Shown here: positions 40,910 to 55,696 of the stretch, piece by piece | How positions within the stretch are numbered: position 1 is the stretch's first letter | Layout: each line of letters opens with the position of its first letter | Source of the DNA: Eledone cirrhosa | Taxonomy: Eukaryota | Direction: 5' to 3' | NCBI GenBank assembly: GCA_964016885.1 | Contig: OZ024740.1 | Span: 200,322,001-200,386,000, forward strand | Length of the DNA stretch: 64,000 bases | Program-made: the position numbers and the translations under genes | The notes under the pieces: generated by a model | What the model saw: the letters and a program-made list of their open reading frames with translations, nothing else | What the model was told of the DNA's origin: nothing | Database searches by the model: none

Positions 40910-43113
40910 TAATAATAATAAATTTGAAGACTAAAATCCAAAGAGGGCTCGATAAGGATAAATATATATCAAATATATAAGAACCGTAGAGCAAATATTT
41001 ATTAAAATAAAAGATTAAAGTTTAAGCAAAGAATCGCTGCTTTCACCCTTAACGGGATCTTCTGAAACTAACAAAGTCATCTGTAAACGCAGAAGTGGAT
41101 ATTTCAAAAAATGTTGCAATCGGAGGATGACAGGAAGACGATAGCCTTCTTTAAAGGATTCAACCTCTCTATACAGGTTGAGGCCAATTTCGCGGTCGTT
41201 AATTACCTCGACGTTACCCTCAATTTATCGAATGGGTTGTATTACCCGTATAGAAAGCCGAATGTTACGCTTAATTACATAAGTAAGCATTTCAACCATC
41301 CTGCCAGCATAACCAAGAACCTAGTAAGAAACGTTTCGTTGAGGCTTTCCCGTCTATCTACTAACGAGCATATTTTCAACGACCATTCCACTTATTACAA
41401 TGAAGTTCTTGCTCGGAGTAGATTTGTCGATAAGGTAGCATATACAGAGTACGAAAATAGACCTAGAAGAAATAGATCCCGTCGCATTTGTTGGTATAAC
41501 CCACCATAAAATATGGAGGTGGCCACACCATTAGCTAAGATATTTCTTTCCCTTATTACAAAGTATTTTCCCCCTTCACATAAATATAGTAACATTTTTA
41601 ATAAAAATACTATTAAAATTTCTTACTCTACGACCCCTAACCTTGCACATAACATCACAGCTTCAAATTTAGCTAAACTACCTAGCCGTAGGAACACGTG
41701 CAACCCTGTAGTTAGTACTAACTGTAATTGTAGGAATCGGGTTGATTGCCCCCTATCCGGGAAATGCCTCTCTAGTAACATTGTCTACAAATGTAAGGTT
41801 GAAACACCCACGTCCCGTAGGGCCTACATAGGGTTAACCGCCAATAGATTCAAGCAGCGTCTTTACATGCATACCCATTCTCTTCGTTACCTTCTAAGAA
41901 GGAATATGACGTCACTTTCAGGTTATATCTGGAGTCTAAATGACAACCACACCCAATATAAGTTACACTGGGAGATCCTAGCTAGGGCTAGATGGTATAA
42001 CGGAAATAAAAGACCATGTGACCTCTGCGCCGCTGAGGCCCTGGAAATACTCTACGCCACATACCTCATCTTAAACAAAAAATCTGAGGCATTTTCGGCT
42101 TGTAAACATAAATTGCACAAAACTTTCCTGTATTACAGCCCCACGTCATACCCTAACGGACAGTACGATCTATACGTGGATATTTTACGTCATGGTGTGG
42201 TAGCTAAGTATATGTTTTGTTTATACCATTACTTATTTGCATAGGTAAGTATATATTACCTGTATGTTTTGTGAAGGTACGTATACTTTCTCGTACGTAT
42301 ATTTGATTCTATATGTTATGCCGTATAATTTTATATATTCTGGTACATATGGTTTGGTTATGTATATACGGGAGTTTTGCGTCTGTGTGAGTATGCAGGT
42401 TCGTACGTATGTAGGGTCTGTGTATATGTGTACTTCATCTTTTGGTTGACTTACGTCTCCGAACATTTGTGTATTTACATGTAGGTATGTGTGTGCGCTT
42501 GTTATATACGTATTTATTTATTTATATACGTTTATTTAATTATTTATTTATTTGTATACACGCACACACACACACATTTATATGTGCGTGGTTTTGTATA
42601 CCTATGGTAAGTGTTTTCGCGTATGCTTGTGTATATACGTATTTGTATGCGTGTATGTATTTATTTAATTTCTATTACCTCTGTATTGTATTTATTTACT
42701 TTATTCTTATCTCTGCTATACCATTTACGTGGGTTTGACTTTGCGTGCAAATGTTCTCCACGCCCCACATATGACGTATTATCTTCGTTTTTTCCGTTCA
42801 TTGCCAGAAACGTCTCTATGAACCACCTAACAGTGTATTAGTCTACGACTTCTTTCATACCATAAACGTGGTTTAGTCTTTGCGTGTAATTGTTTTTCAC
42901 CGCTCCAAATAATGACGTATAATATTCGTTTTTTTCCCGTTTTTGCCAGGCAACGATTCCACGAACCAAAGTACCGTCTCCCTCCGGTTGCAACGTTTTT
43001 TTAAATATTCACTTCTGCGTTCACAGATTGACTTTGTTAGTTTCAGAAGATCCCGTTAAGGGTGAAAGCAGCGATTCTTTGCTTAAAATTTAATCTGTTA
43101 TTTTAATAAATAT
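40910..43113 (+). mobile_element. 5'-truncated Naiad-like PLE with about 130-bp inverted arms and left tail
   Basis: 40995-41126 is the reverse complement of 42981-43113. Confidence 0.85.
41128..42244 (+). pseudogene. PLE RT C-terminus/thumb plus GIY-YIG with one in-frame stop at 41507-41509
   Basis: VNYLDVTLNL..YYPYRKPN..HP..WYNPP*NMEV..CNCRNRVDCPLSGKCL..YIGLT..CDLC..E..LNKKSE..CKH. Confidence 0.85.
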
Positions 43114-43442
43114 ATATATCTTATATATATATATATACACACACATATACATATATATAAACATATATACACATATATACATACATATACATACATATAC
43201 ACACATATATACACAAACATACACATACATATATACATAAAAATACACATACACATATATATATACACACATACATATAAATATATATATATATATAAAT
43301 ATATATATATAAATATAAATAAATACATACACAGATATATACATGTATACATACATACACATACATACATATACACATACACATATACATATATATACAT
43401 ATATATACATATATATATATATATATACATATACACATACAT

Positions 43443-43492
<50 letters not shown>

Positions 43493-43541
43493 TTATATAT
43501 ATATACATATACACATACATATACACATATATATACATATT

Positions 43542-43640
<99 letters not shown>

Positions 43641-44120
43641 TACTGCTTCCCTGCTCTCTCTGTTGCTCTCACCTTCTTTCGCCCCCTCTGTCAGTTACAC
43701 TTTCGCTCGACTGACCTCTTCCCCGCACTTCCACTCACTCACTCTCTGTGCCTCCCATTCTCACTTCCTCCCGTTTGGCTAGTAGTGGGTTCTCTTTTTG
43801 CTCACACCTCACTCACGTCGGACGGTCTGTATCTTCATCACTCATGAAATCCACCCAGCTTAAGCTGACCGGATAACCATGTTGCTTGTTTATTCCCATC
43901 TTTGAGTTGCTTTCATCCTTCTATGTTGTTTACTTGTCTCACTCGCTTTACGCGATTTACTTGTCCCAATAGCTTTATTTAGTTATTGCTCGGACCAACC
44001 TGAGGTATATGATTTTTAATGCAATGAAATATCAATGATGATTGGCAAATCACTGACGAAGGACTAATTTTATCATATGTAACCCTTGTGCAACCACGAA
44101 GTATTCTTCTTTCTTCTCAT

Positions 44121-44162
<42 letters not shown>

Positions 44163-44667
44163 CATAAACATATATACATATGTGTCTCATAAATATATGT
44201 ATATACACAGGCACATAAAATCAGCTCTACAGGCAGAAAATGCAGATAGGTAAGAGGTACTCACATAACCATAGTGGCCGTATTTCAGGTTAAGGAGGGG
44301 TGGGGGTGGGGTGGGAAAGAGGTAGAGTGGCTAATCAAACCGGACAAATCAAACCAGACAACACTCGCCTCCTATGTTTTGGACCTCAAAAGGAACTTCG
44401 CCCCCTTCACGCTTAAATGGAAAATACTCCAGAAAGCGCGCTCTTACAACGGAGGACACTAGGGCTGCGATCTTTGTATCTCAGAGAGCTATGGAATTTT
44501 ATTCGCCAAGGGCCCGCTACTGAACAAACTCTCTCATCACTGCTCTACAGGCAGAAGATGCAGATAGGTAAGAGTTACTCACATAACCATAGTGGCCGTA
44601 TTTCAGGTTGCGGAGGGGTGGGGTGGGGTGGGAAAGAGGTAGAGTGGCTAAAAGGTGGAAGTCATTT

Positions 44668-45742
44668 TTAGCCATCGGGCATTAACACTGGCTTAATGTA
44701 TTTGAAAGTTGGAAAGTTCTTGTGCATGCAGTTCGGGCAGTGATGAGAGAGTTTGTTCAGTAGCGAGCCCTTGGCGAATATAATTCCATAGCTCTCTGAG
44801 ATACAAAGATCGCAGCCCTTGTGTCCTCCGTTGTAAGAGCGCGGTTTCTGGAGTATTTTCCATTTAAGCGTGAAGGGGGTGAAGTTCCTTTTGAGGTCCA
44901 AAACATAGGAGGCGAGTGTTGTCTGGTTTGATTTGTCCGGTCTTCTGAAGGAGTGGGTATGGGCATACCTACGTGTCTTAAAGTTATTGGATGTCATGCC
45001 GATGTAAGTCTTTTTGTTATTGCAATCATCGGTGCCTGAGATGACATCGCATTTGTATACGATATAATTTGTCAGGCATTTGTTTTCAAGTCGGTAGGCT
45101 TCCTTATTTAGGCAATTACACAAGGCCCCAGTCCGGGGATTGGGTTCGGAAGTGGTTGGCTTATTTAATTTTTTAGAATTGCTATATTCCTAGCTAGGTT
45201 AGGTGTTGTGGAGTAGGAGAGTTTTATTGTGTTCTTATTAAAGATGGTGTAGTACCTATGCTGTATGTGGAAGTGTATTTTCAGCAAAGTGAAGAAAATC
45301 CTAGCTATCGGTGTAGAAACCTCTCTATTGAAGGGAGGGTTGTACCAGCTAATCTGCCTATGCCTATTCCTACTCTGCAATCTTGTGGTGGTTTCTAGGT
45401 AGGTTATCTTTAAATCCGCTGCGGGCGAGGACGTCATTGTAGTAGGAGGCAGAGGAGGTAAAAATATCTTCGTTGGCAGAGAAGTCAGAGATTCTTATAG
45501 AGACGCTTTTTACTAAGTTATCAGTGATGTTTCGGGGTGTCTAGAATTAACATTAATATATCTAAGGGACTCGTTAGGTTTGTGGTACGGGTAATAGAGG
45601 GAAGTATCTAGGTCGAGAGTGACATCTAAGAAGTTGGCCCTAGTCATATTAGATTCTATAGTTATACAAAATCTAGATTAGAGAAGAACGAGCTTAAGTT
45701 TCTCCGAAACCCATCGGTGGTTTTGGAGTTAACCTTTTTGAT
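44668..45742 (-). pseudogene. PLE RT C-terminus plus GIY-YIG, frameshifted
   Basis: NFLDVTLDL..YYPYHKPN, SWYNPPF, IFNKNTIKLSYSTT, YIGMTSNNFKTR, CDLC..E. Confidence 0.85.
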
Positions 45743-45884
45743 ACCCAGATTCGTGGTGATTTCTAAAGAATGAAACAGTTCTAATCCTGTAGAATCTCAT
45801 CAATATTACAACTTTTATACTCTGCTATGTATTGAGTACCTTCCTTTTTGTGGTTACCTCTGATTCAACCCGGAATAACGTACC

Positions 45885-45953
<69 letters not shown>

Positions 45954-45981
45954 ATCAAAAGATGGTTAAAAGATTTCCAAG

Positions 45982-46052
45982 TATTTTATTATGCGCATTT
46001 CAGGATCAAATATCATCATGGGATGATATCTGCGTTCTCATCAGATAAAATA
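45982..46052 (-). ncRNA. Type I hammerhead in short fold-back element 45945-46222
   Basis: tattttat-CTGATGA-G..cagatatcatcccatgatgatatttg..T-GAAA tgcgc ATA-ataaaata. Confidence 0.75.
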
Positions 46053-46229
46053 GTGATACATGATATGAAGCTTAAAAAACATTTGTGAATAGTGAAGTTT
46101 CTTTTGACCATCTTTTGATCTTATATTATTCATACTCCAGTCCTACAAACTCTAGAGTGCTACTTATCCGATATTTGCATTGCTTTATTGTGCTACAATA
46201 AACTCACCTCCTACATCCTACATATATAT

Positions 46230-46341
<112 letters not shown>

Positions 46342-46878
46342 GAGTTCTTCACACGCATGGTTAAAATTATTGAAAGAATTAATTGACTCGCGTGCATAAT
46401 ATTTTCTTTGCTTATGTTTTTGCGATGACCTCCACTTTCCGTTTGATGGCAGTGTGAAATTTCTCATTCTGAGACTGGTGGAATTTCAAATTTGGCGGTC
46501 ATTCTGACACGGAAGGAGATCATCGCTGAACATGGAATATCGGTAAGAAATATTTTTTTATATCGATATTTTGACGGGCATCCACTGCAGATTTATAAGT
46601 GCCCTCCTGCATATATTCCTACGGACTATGTGTAGGCTTCTACATAACCTGGACGATTTTTCCCAACTTGTAGAAAACTTATAATGAAACAATTGTTTGG
46701 AAAGGGAGATGTATTTTAATTATGTCTCATATAAAATAATACAACTGGCTTTCCGCAACATACATATAGTTAGCACCCCAAACGTAAAATTAAGATTATA
46801 CTAAGGTATATCCTAATGTTTGTTGAGTGAGATGGAAGCCAGTCGGAGCATTGCTTAAAGCTTTCTCTGTTAATGTAT

Positions 46879-46985
<107 letters not shown>

Positions 46986-47188
46986 GAGTTAAACAATATT
47001 CAATGAGTATATCAAAGAATGTGGTTTACAGTAGATTGGAAGCACTGTATGAAAAATAATTTTCCAGAGTTATTAATATTAAAATACAAATATTAATAAA
47101 ATAGATGTTCTTTTTATCAATTACATTTTATTATACAATATAAAAAAATATAATTGTAAAAAGAACATCTATTTTCTTAATATTTGTA

Positions 47189-47228
<40 letters not shown>

Positions 47229-47320
47229 CAGTAATTCCGTCGGAAAAGTCCAGGAAAAAAGAGTGCTCTATGTAGGTAACAGAGCTTAATATTTATGTAA
47301 TAAACAACATAAGGCAATTA

Positions 47321-47379
47321 TTCCAATTACGAGTGGTTTCTTAAAAGCAAAATATTTTGCTTTCAATCCTCAGAAGGAA
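47321..47379 (-). ncRNA. Type I hammerhead in element 47225-48909
   Basis: ttcctt-CTGAGGA-TTGAAAGCAAAatatTTTGCTTTTAA-GAAACcactcGTA-attggaa; inverted arms 47293-47359 / 48842-48909. Confidence 0.7.
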
Positions 47380-47532
47380 AAAATCCTGGTCTGTTTATTG
47401 AATTTGGATTTTAAAAACAAAAATGAAATCTATATAAAAGTGAGTCTGGAGAAAGAAGAAGGAAAGGAAAAATAAAATAAGACCACACATGCAAACACAC
47501 ACACAAACACACACACACACAAAAGCATACAT

Positions 47533-47617
<85 letters not shown>

Positions 47618-48257
47618 TACATGGTGGCTGCCAACCCGTTTTCGAGTACGGCCACTACTTTATATCCATGTAGGAGAATGCCCTGAACGCGTGTGACTTT
47701 TTAGTCTGGCCAGCGACTTGAAAACTCTAGTGCAAACATTACACCTGTGACAATTATTGACACATAGTGCTGGGCCCATGATACCATGTTACGACAAGTG
47801 CAGAGAGATCTCCAGATATAAAGCAATGCCTGTGCCGTGAAGCTTTTATAGTGAGCAAAGGCACTGCACAAAGCCAGTCCCACTCTCTTAACCAAGATGA
47901 TATTTACCAAAAAGAAGAACAAGTCAACATCATTGGATACTATCAGAGTTGCAGGTGTTATATCAGAGTTTTCCTTCTCCTAGAATTCTGCCTTGACAAA
48001 GGCTAAGTGGTCTTCTCTCCCGGTGATTTTGGATGGCCATTGACTCTTAAGAGCTCCTTTGCCCTTTGACAGGTTTTGTTTTTAGTCCTGCAGGATGTCC
48101 AATATATACATACACTCATACATACACACATATACACATATATATGTATATATAAATACAAACATACACATACATATACACATACATATATACAACCACA
48201 CACACACACATATGTACACACATATATATATAGAAATAGTAATATATATATATATAT

Positions 48258-48344
<87 letters not shown>

Positions 48345-49040
48345 TATATACATACATGCATACACATACACATACATAGCCATACACACATACATATACA
48401 TGCATACATACATGCACACAATCATACCTATATACACACGTACATACATACACACAATCATACCTATATACACACGTACATACATACACATACATAAATA
48501 CGTACATATGCATGTACAAAATTAGAAAAATATTCACACCTCTACATATTCACACACACAAATAAATATGAGAAAAAATACATATAAAAAATAAAATAAT
48601 TATACAGTTGACAGTGATACATGCGACGAGTAGATGAACAGACACGCGTGGTAAGCAATACACACAAATGCACGTACACATACGTACGAAAAAGTAAATA
48701 CATACAAACACTCTCACACATAAATATACATATACAAATACATAAACACATACATACACATAAACAAATACATACACAAACACGCACACACACATATACA
48801 TATATACACACACATATACACATACAAATACGTACATATCACAAACATTTTTTGCTTTTAAGAAACCACTGGTAAATGGAATAATTGCCTTATGTTGTTT
48901 ATTACATAACTATATATATATATATATAAGATAAGTTGAATATGCATGCCAATTCTAACACATATATATCCTAGAAACGATCGTTAAATAATGAACTTTT
49001 TTTGTTTAATATAAGGAATTGTTTATTCATTATTTGTTTA

Positions 49041-49167
<127 letters not shown>

Positions 49168-49197
49168 AGATCAAAAGATGGTTAAAGGAGTTCCATG

Positions 49198-49268
49198 TAT
49201 TTTATTATGCGCATTTCAAAAACAAACATCATCATGCAATAATATTTGTGTTTTCATCAGATAAAACA
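49198..49268 (-). ncRNA. Type I hammerhead, second copy of the 45982 family
   Basis: ttttat-CTGATGA-AAA..TTT-GAAA tgcgc ATA-ataaaa. Confidence 0.7.
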
Positions 49269-49431
49269 GGAGAACATGATATGAAGGCTAACAAACACTT
49301 GTGGATAGTGCAGTTTTAAATCAACATATGAACAGTGGTTTTAGATTAATGTGTGATATTGGGAAAAATATTTTATTTAGAGAGGGGGGGTGGAAAGGAT
49401 GAAACTCACCTCCTACATATATATAAATATA

Positions 49432-50312
49432 TATATATATAAAACTGAGGATGTATGTCTGTGTCTGTGTGAGTTCGAATCCCTAAATCTCGAGAACCAC
49501 CCAACCGACTGTTTTCAAACTTTACACATTTGATATTTCTGTTTGAGGAAGTGTTCTGAGCAAAAAGATTTCCAATTTTCTATGCCCCAGGGACCACATT
49601 AGGTGATTTAACGATCTCGCTCTATCATTCTTAGTCTTTCTCCTTTTAGAATAGATACATACATATAACGTCGCGCCCTTATACCTGTCTGTATATCTGA
49701 CTGTCTGCATTACGTCACTTCCTTGAGGATGTCTGTGTGTATGTGTATGGGTGTGTGTGAGTTTGAATCCCTAAAACTCGAGAAGTACCCAACCGATATT
49801 TTTCAAACTTTACATGTGTATTGCTTATGTTTTAGAGAGTGTTATGCACATAACACATTCAACTTTAGGTGAAAAGCTGCGTTGTTTAACATGTTTAGGG
49901 TTTTTTTGAGGCGTTACGTCAGACCGATTACCTTGAAATTGTAACTATGTATTAGTCACTCTCTTCTTCAAACCGTAAGCAAAGAAAATCCAACTTTCTT
50001 ATGGCCTAGGTGAAACCATCATTTTTTCAACTTCTTAGGGCCTTTTGGAGGCGTTACGTTTAGCCGATTTTCACGAAATTTCAAGGCATATTATGCACAT
50101 AAAAAAAATTCATTTTCTTGATCGCCTAAGGCGCGCATTAGGTAACAACCTGCATTTTTCCTGCTTCATCGATGAAAATCTTAAATATTTTCCAGCCATC
50201 AGAGTATTCGGCTTACTTTCTTTACATATTGTCCAGGCATGCAGTTTTTAGGTCTATTGGTGGCCCGCGTTCCAAAATACCTTATCCCGTGCAACGCCGG
50301 GTACCACTGCTA

Positions 50313-50313
<1 letters not shown>
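49432..50313 (+). mobile_element. Non-autonomous Helitron
   Basis: 3' hairpin cccgtgcaacgccggg then CTAG|T at 50310-50313; internal direct repeat 49446-49530 / 49724-49815. Confidence 0.7.
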
Positions 50314-50373
<60 letters not shown>

Positions 50374-51498
50374 TATACACACATACACCCCCCCACCCCC
50401 ACCCCCACACATTCAAATTATATATATATATAAATGGAAAAAAATGAAACGTCATTTCTCACTCCTAGTACGGCTGATATTCAAATGTAAGTATGTATAC
50501 GTACATACATACATGTATACAGACGTACACTGTTATATTTATACATACAGACATGCACACATATATATATATATGTACGTATGGGTTTACTGAACATTCA
50601 TTATAATTCTCGGCCTGTTTGTAAACAAACAGCCCGAATTATTAGCCGTACAGTGTTCGGCAACCATCGCTGCCCTATTTGTTCAACACTAGCAAAGGAA
50701 CGATGAACTAGACTCTAGCTTATTACCTTATTAGCTTATTAGCTGTCATCAGCACCGTATACATATATATATATATATAGGAAAAGGTGTCACGACCCCG
50801 GTGGCTGAACTCGGATCTAGCCGCCGAAACGGCCGGAGCCCAGCGGCCGGGGTCCTGATTCTTTTCCTATTACCCACTCTACTACACAGGTATCGAGTAC
50901 TCTGGTGAGTTATGGTCCACCTGGTTCCTTACCATACTTTCTTTGTTATATATATATATATGAATCAAAAATGGCGAGCTGTGTTGTTGCATTTATGTAT
51001 AAATAAATGAAGAATTATAGATAGAAGTTAGGAATATCCATCATCAGTTGTCTACTAGGCATCATAGGTATTTCTTCGCATTATAGAAAATATACCTCCA
51101 GCTAGGGCAATACAATAACTAAAATAAATTATTGGGATAAAAAGAGTTGGGTGGTGAAAGAGAAAGACATGTAAACAGATACGAATCAAGACACATGTCA
51201 GACGTACGGATGTGAGCGAGAAGAAAGATCGCGTACGGTGTGGGACGATGGAGGAAGTGAGAGAGAGGGTGAGTAGCAGATAGTGAGTGAGTGAAAGTGC
51301 GAGGAAGAGGCTAGTCGAGAGAGGGTGACTAGCAGAAGGGGTGAGTGAAAGTACGAGGGAGAAGGAGAGAGAAAGGGGAGAGAGAAAGGGGATAGCTGCA
51401 AGGGAAGAGAAAAAAGACAGGTCACAGCAAAGGGGAAAGAATATATGAATAAAAAATGGTGAGCTGTGTTGTTCAGCGAGAGAGAGAGAGGGGAGAGG

Positions 51499-51559
<61 letters not shown>

Positions 51560-51945
51560 AGAAAGAGAAAGAGAAATAATTCCTCCCAGTATTTAACTGG
51601 TTTGTTGGGGAATCAAGCTAAATCAATTGGAGACAGTTGCTTCTGACAGAACACCCTGGAGTGTTCGAGGACTCTGTCACCATGACCCTCAAATAGTGAG
51701 CGAAGAAAAAGATAATAACCCTCTTAACCACACACCATATATATATATGACAAACAAATAGTTTATTGCTCTACATGGCTGAATACAATAAATGTAATAT
51801 GAGCTTTTTGAATATTAATAACAGTATTCGATTCGTTTGCAATTGTGCAAACAGCCTCTTTAAACCAATGTCAATAGAATGACTCCGTAATTTTTGCTCT
51901 TGTGTTGCAAACGAGTCGAATATTAGAAATATTCGTAAACCTCAG

Positions 51946-52005
<60 letters not shown>

Positions 52006-52256
52006 AATGAAAAGTATAGAAATTGTTGTAGCGAGAAGCTAACAGTATTCCATAACATATAAGTGATATAGCGTCAAAATGGGAAAATAGTTAACATAAG
52101 AGATGGGAAAAATAATTCAGACTCAATTCAAAAGGAATCAGGATATAGATTTATCCAACAGAATTTAGAGAAATACAGGGAAAAATCAATAGAGCCTTAA
52201 CTCATGATAAAACAAAGTCTAAAGTACTCAACCTTCAATTTGGGACAACTTCAAAT

Positions 52257-52338
52257 GCTCTGTATAGTCTTGAAAAGACTATTTCACGAAAACATTTAGT
52301 GGAGATGGTCACGGCTGGATTTCGTTCATCAGCAGAGC
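52257..52338 (-). ncRNA. Canonical type I hammerhead with full stem III
   Basis: GCTCTG-CTGATGA-ACGAAA..TTTCGT-GAAA-TAGTCttttcaaGACTA-TA-CAGAGC; all three stems paired. Confidence 0.85.
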
Positions 52339-52670
52339 TCAAGATGGTAACCAAGGTCTCACTGGAAATATGCCAAAAAGGGAATTTAAAAGCAGGCTAG
52401 TTTAACATTATGCGTGATTATTAAAATAAACGCACATGTGGAAAAACAGGGCTGGTGACGTCAGAATGAGATAAATGCATATATATATATATTTAGGTAA
52501 GTAAAAAATTTAAAAAAATTTTTTTAAAAAAATATTTTCTTATTTTACGTCTTTTATATTATTTTTCTGCATTCTCCTGCATTGAACCACCTAGGTACTA
52601 TGACATAACCTGTGTATTTGCTAGCATGGGCGTGCATCTGTGCCCTTATGTTAGTTGATATATTAAATTA

Positions 52671-52729
<59 letters not shown>

Positions 52730-52950
52730 CGAAGGAAATGTGGTAAGGAACCAGATGGACCATAACGCACCAAAGTACTCAATACTTAGGGTAGTAGAGT
52801 GGGTGATAGGGACGAGTAGGACCCCGACGGCTGATATCAAGTCGTTTCGACGGCTAATTCTGGACTAGAAAAGAAAAAAAACATTTTTTTTTGTTTAGTC
52901 CAGAATTAGCCGTCGACACGGCTTGATATCAGCCGTCGGGGTCCTACTCG

Positions 52951-53010
<60 letters not shown>

Positions 53011-53195
53011 CATATGGTATTATTAGGTTAGGATTGGTGCTATGAAATAGCGATGTATACATGAATGTATGTATAGTATATTTGGCAATATACCGTACGT
53101 TTACTTAAAAACATGTAGAAGACCATACGCTATCAGTTTTAAAGTAGCGTCTATGTGACTTCTAAATGTTTTTAATTAAACATACGGTACATTGC

Positions 53196-53243
<48 letters not shown>

Positions 53244-53250
53244 AACACAT

Positions 53251-53290
<40 letters not shown>

Positions 53291-53490
53291 TAATGAGTTG
53301 ACTGACCCAGCATATTTATCAATGCCAGGACCGGTTGAATCTCAGCGTACTCCATATCTCCATATATATATATATATATATAATATATTTAGAAACACAC
53401 AGATACATGCGGACACACACATATACTTGAATGCATCCACACCCAACCGTGAGTTAATGGTGCCAACCTCACCGATGTTGCTCAATGAAT

Positions 53491-53531
<41 letters not shown>

Positions 53532-53968
53532 CATATATACACATACATATATGCGCATTCGTGATGCTTTGCTGCAAATACATATTTAGATTCATTTGCT
53601 GCTTACTTCGGAGTGTTTGACTTTATTTTATTATTAATTCAAACCATTCGCTATATTGATGTGGCTACCATAATTGCGTATATTCCAATATCCTACACAA
53701 AGTTCGCCATCACAAATCTAGTTAAATAACAGCGGATCGCTAAACTTAGAAATACTTCTACAGACAATGCGACGAACGCATGTGTTTGACTATAATATGT
53801 GCAATTATACTTTAAATATTTCGTGCTAGTGAGTATACTGAATGTGTGGCATTGATGAGAGAATAACTCTTGAAATAGTTGTCTGATATTGTCAGAACTT
53901 AATTGCAAATCGCTGGTATATTCAGAGAAACTACCGATAACATTTTTGTAAATGAGCATATTATATAC

Positions 53969-54058
<90 letters not shown>

Positions 54059-54165
54059 CAAGTAAGTATGTTTTGAAACAGTGAGCGAGTTTGAAATTAG
54101 AAATAGAATAGCTTTTACCGTATTTTTGGTAAAGAAAGCTATTCTATTTCTAATATATATATATA

Positions 54166-55472
54166 CTAGCTGACGTACCCAGCTTCGCGCGGGTAAACAG
54201 ATGATAAGTGAAGACAGGTAAAAGAGAAAATGACTGGATAGGATGTTTGTCTGGTTACAGTATGAGGCGAGTCCGTGGTCTCTGTGTGATACAAAAAACA
54301 GTAAAACAGAATCTTCCAAATATAGCAGATTTTTCGTTGCACCGTTTGTGCATCTTATATGAAGAATTCTAGGTGGTGCCGCCTAGAATAGTGACCTCTA
54401 GGAGATGGTTCATCTGCTGCACGACTGTAAAACGTGTATCATTGCATATACGTAGTTGTTCCACGTTTCTCAAAGGATGATGGAAGTTCCAATCTTTTAT
54501 ATTATATGTAGATATAGATATAGATATTTAATATAAAAGTTGATTTTCAGCCAGTTCGTCTTTAACCATCGCAGCACGCCGTCGCTGCTTGGCTCCAGTG
54601 TTTCGTTGGCGTTGTTCAGCCAGCTCCTCTTCATTCATGGCGACACGTCTTCGCCTCTGAAGTTTGGCGTTCCGATGGCGCTGTTCGGCCCGGTTTTCCT
54701 CATTGCTGGCTGCACGCCGTCGCCGCTGTAGTTCACTGTTTGATAAAGTTGAATTGCTTTTATTATCTGTATTCATTTCGAGCAATTGTCAAAAAATAAC
54801 TGTTTCTACATTAGGCACAGGGCCAGCAATAAACCAGTTCATTACTGGTACTTTATTTTATCGACCCCGTAAGGATGAAAGGCAAAGTCAACCTCGGGGG
54901 GATTTGAACTCAGATCGTAAAGGGACGTAACTATGCTGGAAAGCATGGCGTCCGACCCTCTACCGATACTGACAATCCACCGCCTATTGTCAAAAAATAA
55001 TCGTCAAAAAATTGTCAAAAAATAACACGATGAAAAATATAAAAGATGTCCGTCAATGTAAAGAAAGGTCCCTATTTACTCCCTTCACAACTCTGTGTAT
55101 ATTAGACTGACAGACAGGCACACAGACAGATAAACTGCGTGGCGATTGTGGAACGCCACACATTCACGCATGGAAACGCGCACACGCACGCAAACATACA
55201 CACGCACACACTCACACATGATGATAGCTTTTAGTGTCTGTGGAACGCTACACGCGGGCACACACACATAAACATACGCGCACGTACATACACACGCACA
55301 CATGTTAATAGTTATTGAACACAGCGTTCACACTCTCCCCTCTCACTCCCTCATTGGCATTATGCATATTAATTTCAGTTTGGCGTCGTTGAGGTGGGCG
55401 GAGTCATTGAAACCTATGAACCAATGATAATCGGAATACTGACGTTCTTCAAGTTAATAAATTTATATATAG
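54166..55472 (-). mobile_element. Internally deleted Helitron
   Basis: Minus-strand 3' end acccgcgcgaagctgggt..CTAG|T; 5' TCTATATATAAA; Arg/Glu-rich repeat ORF at 54528-54785 like Helitron N-termini. Confidence 0.65.
54800..54985 (-). mobile_element. SINE with 15-bp target-site duplication
   Basis: attgtcaaaaaataa at 54785-54799 and 54986-55000. Confidence 0.85.
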
Positions 55473-55696
55473 ATAGATAGATTTCTTTATTTACCATAAA
55501 GGCATAAAAAGAAGGGACAAATACAAAGGGGGAGTTTACATATAATCGAGTAAAAAGGGTGTAACATGAAAATAATCGAAAATAACCTCAAAAGGGAGGG
55601 GACGTCATGGGGGTTGCACACACCCCCGAAAAAGTGTGCAATCCTTTGCCCGGGGAGCACATGGAGAAGGTGTTCCCCTCTCCTTTACTTCTTTAC

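Noticed and set aside
53846-53890. HHR-like TTGATGA-GAG..CTCTT-GAAA..GTC
   Set aside because: C3 mutated, stem I weak, single copy; not called
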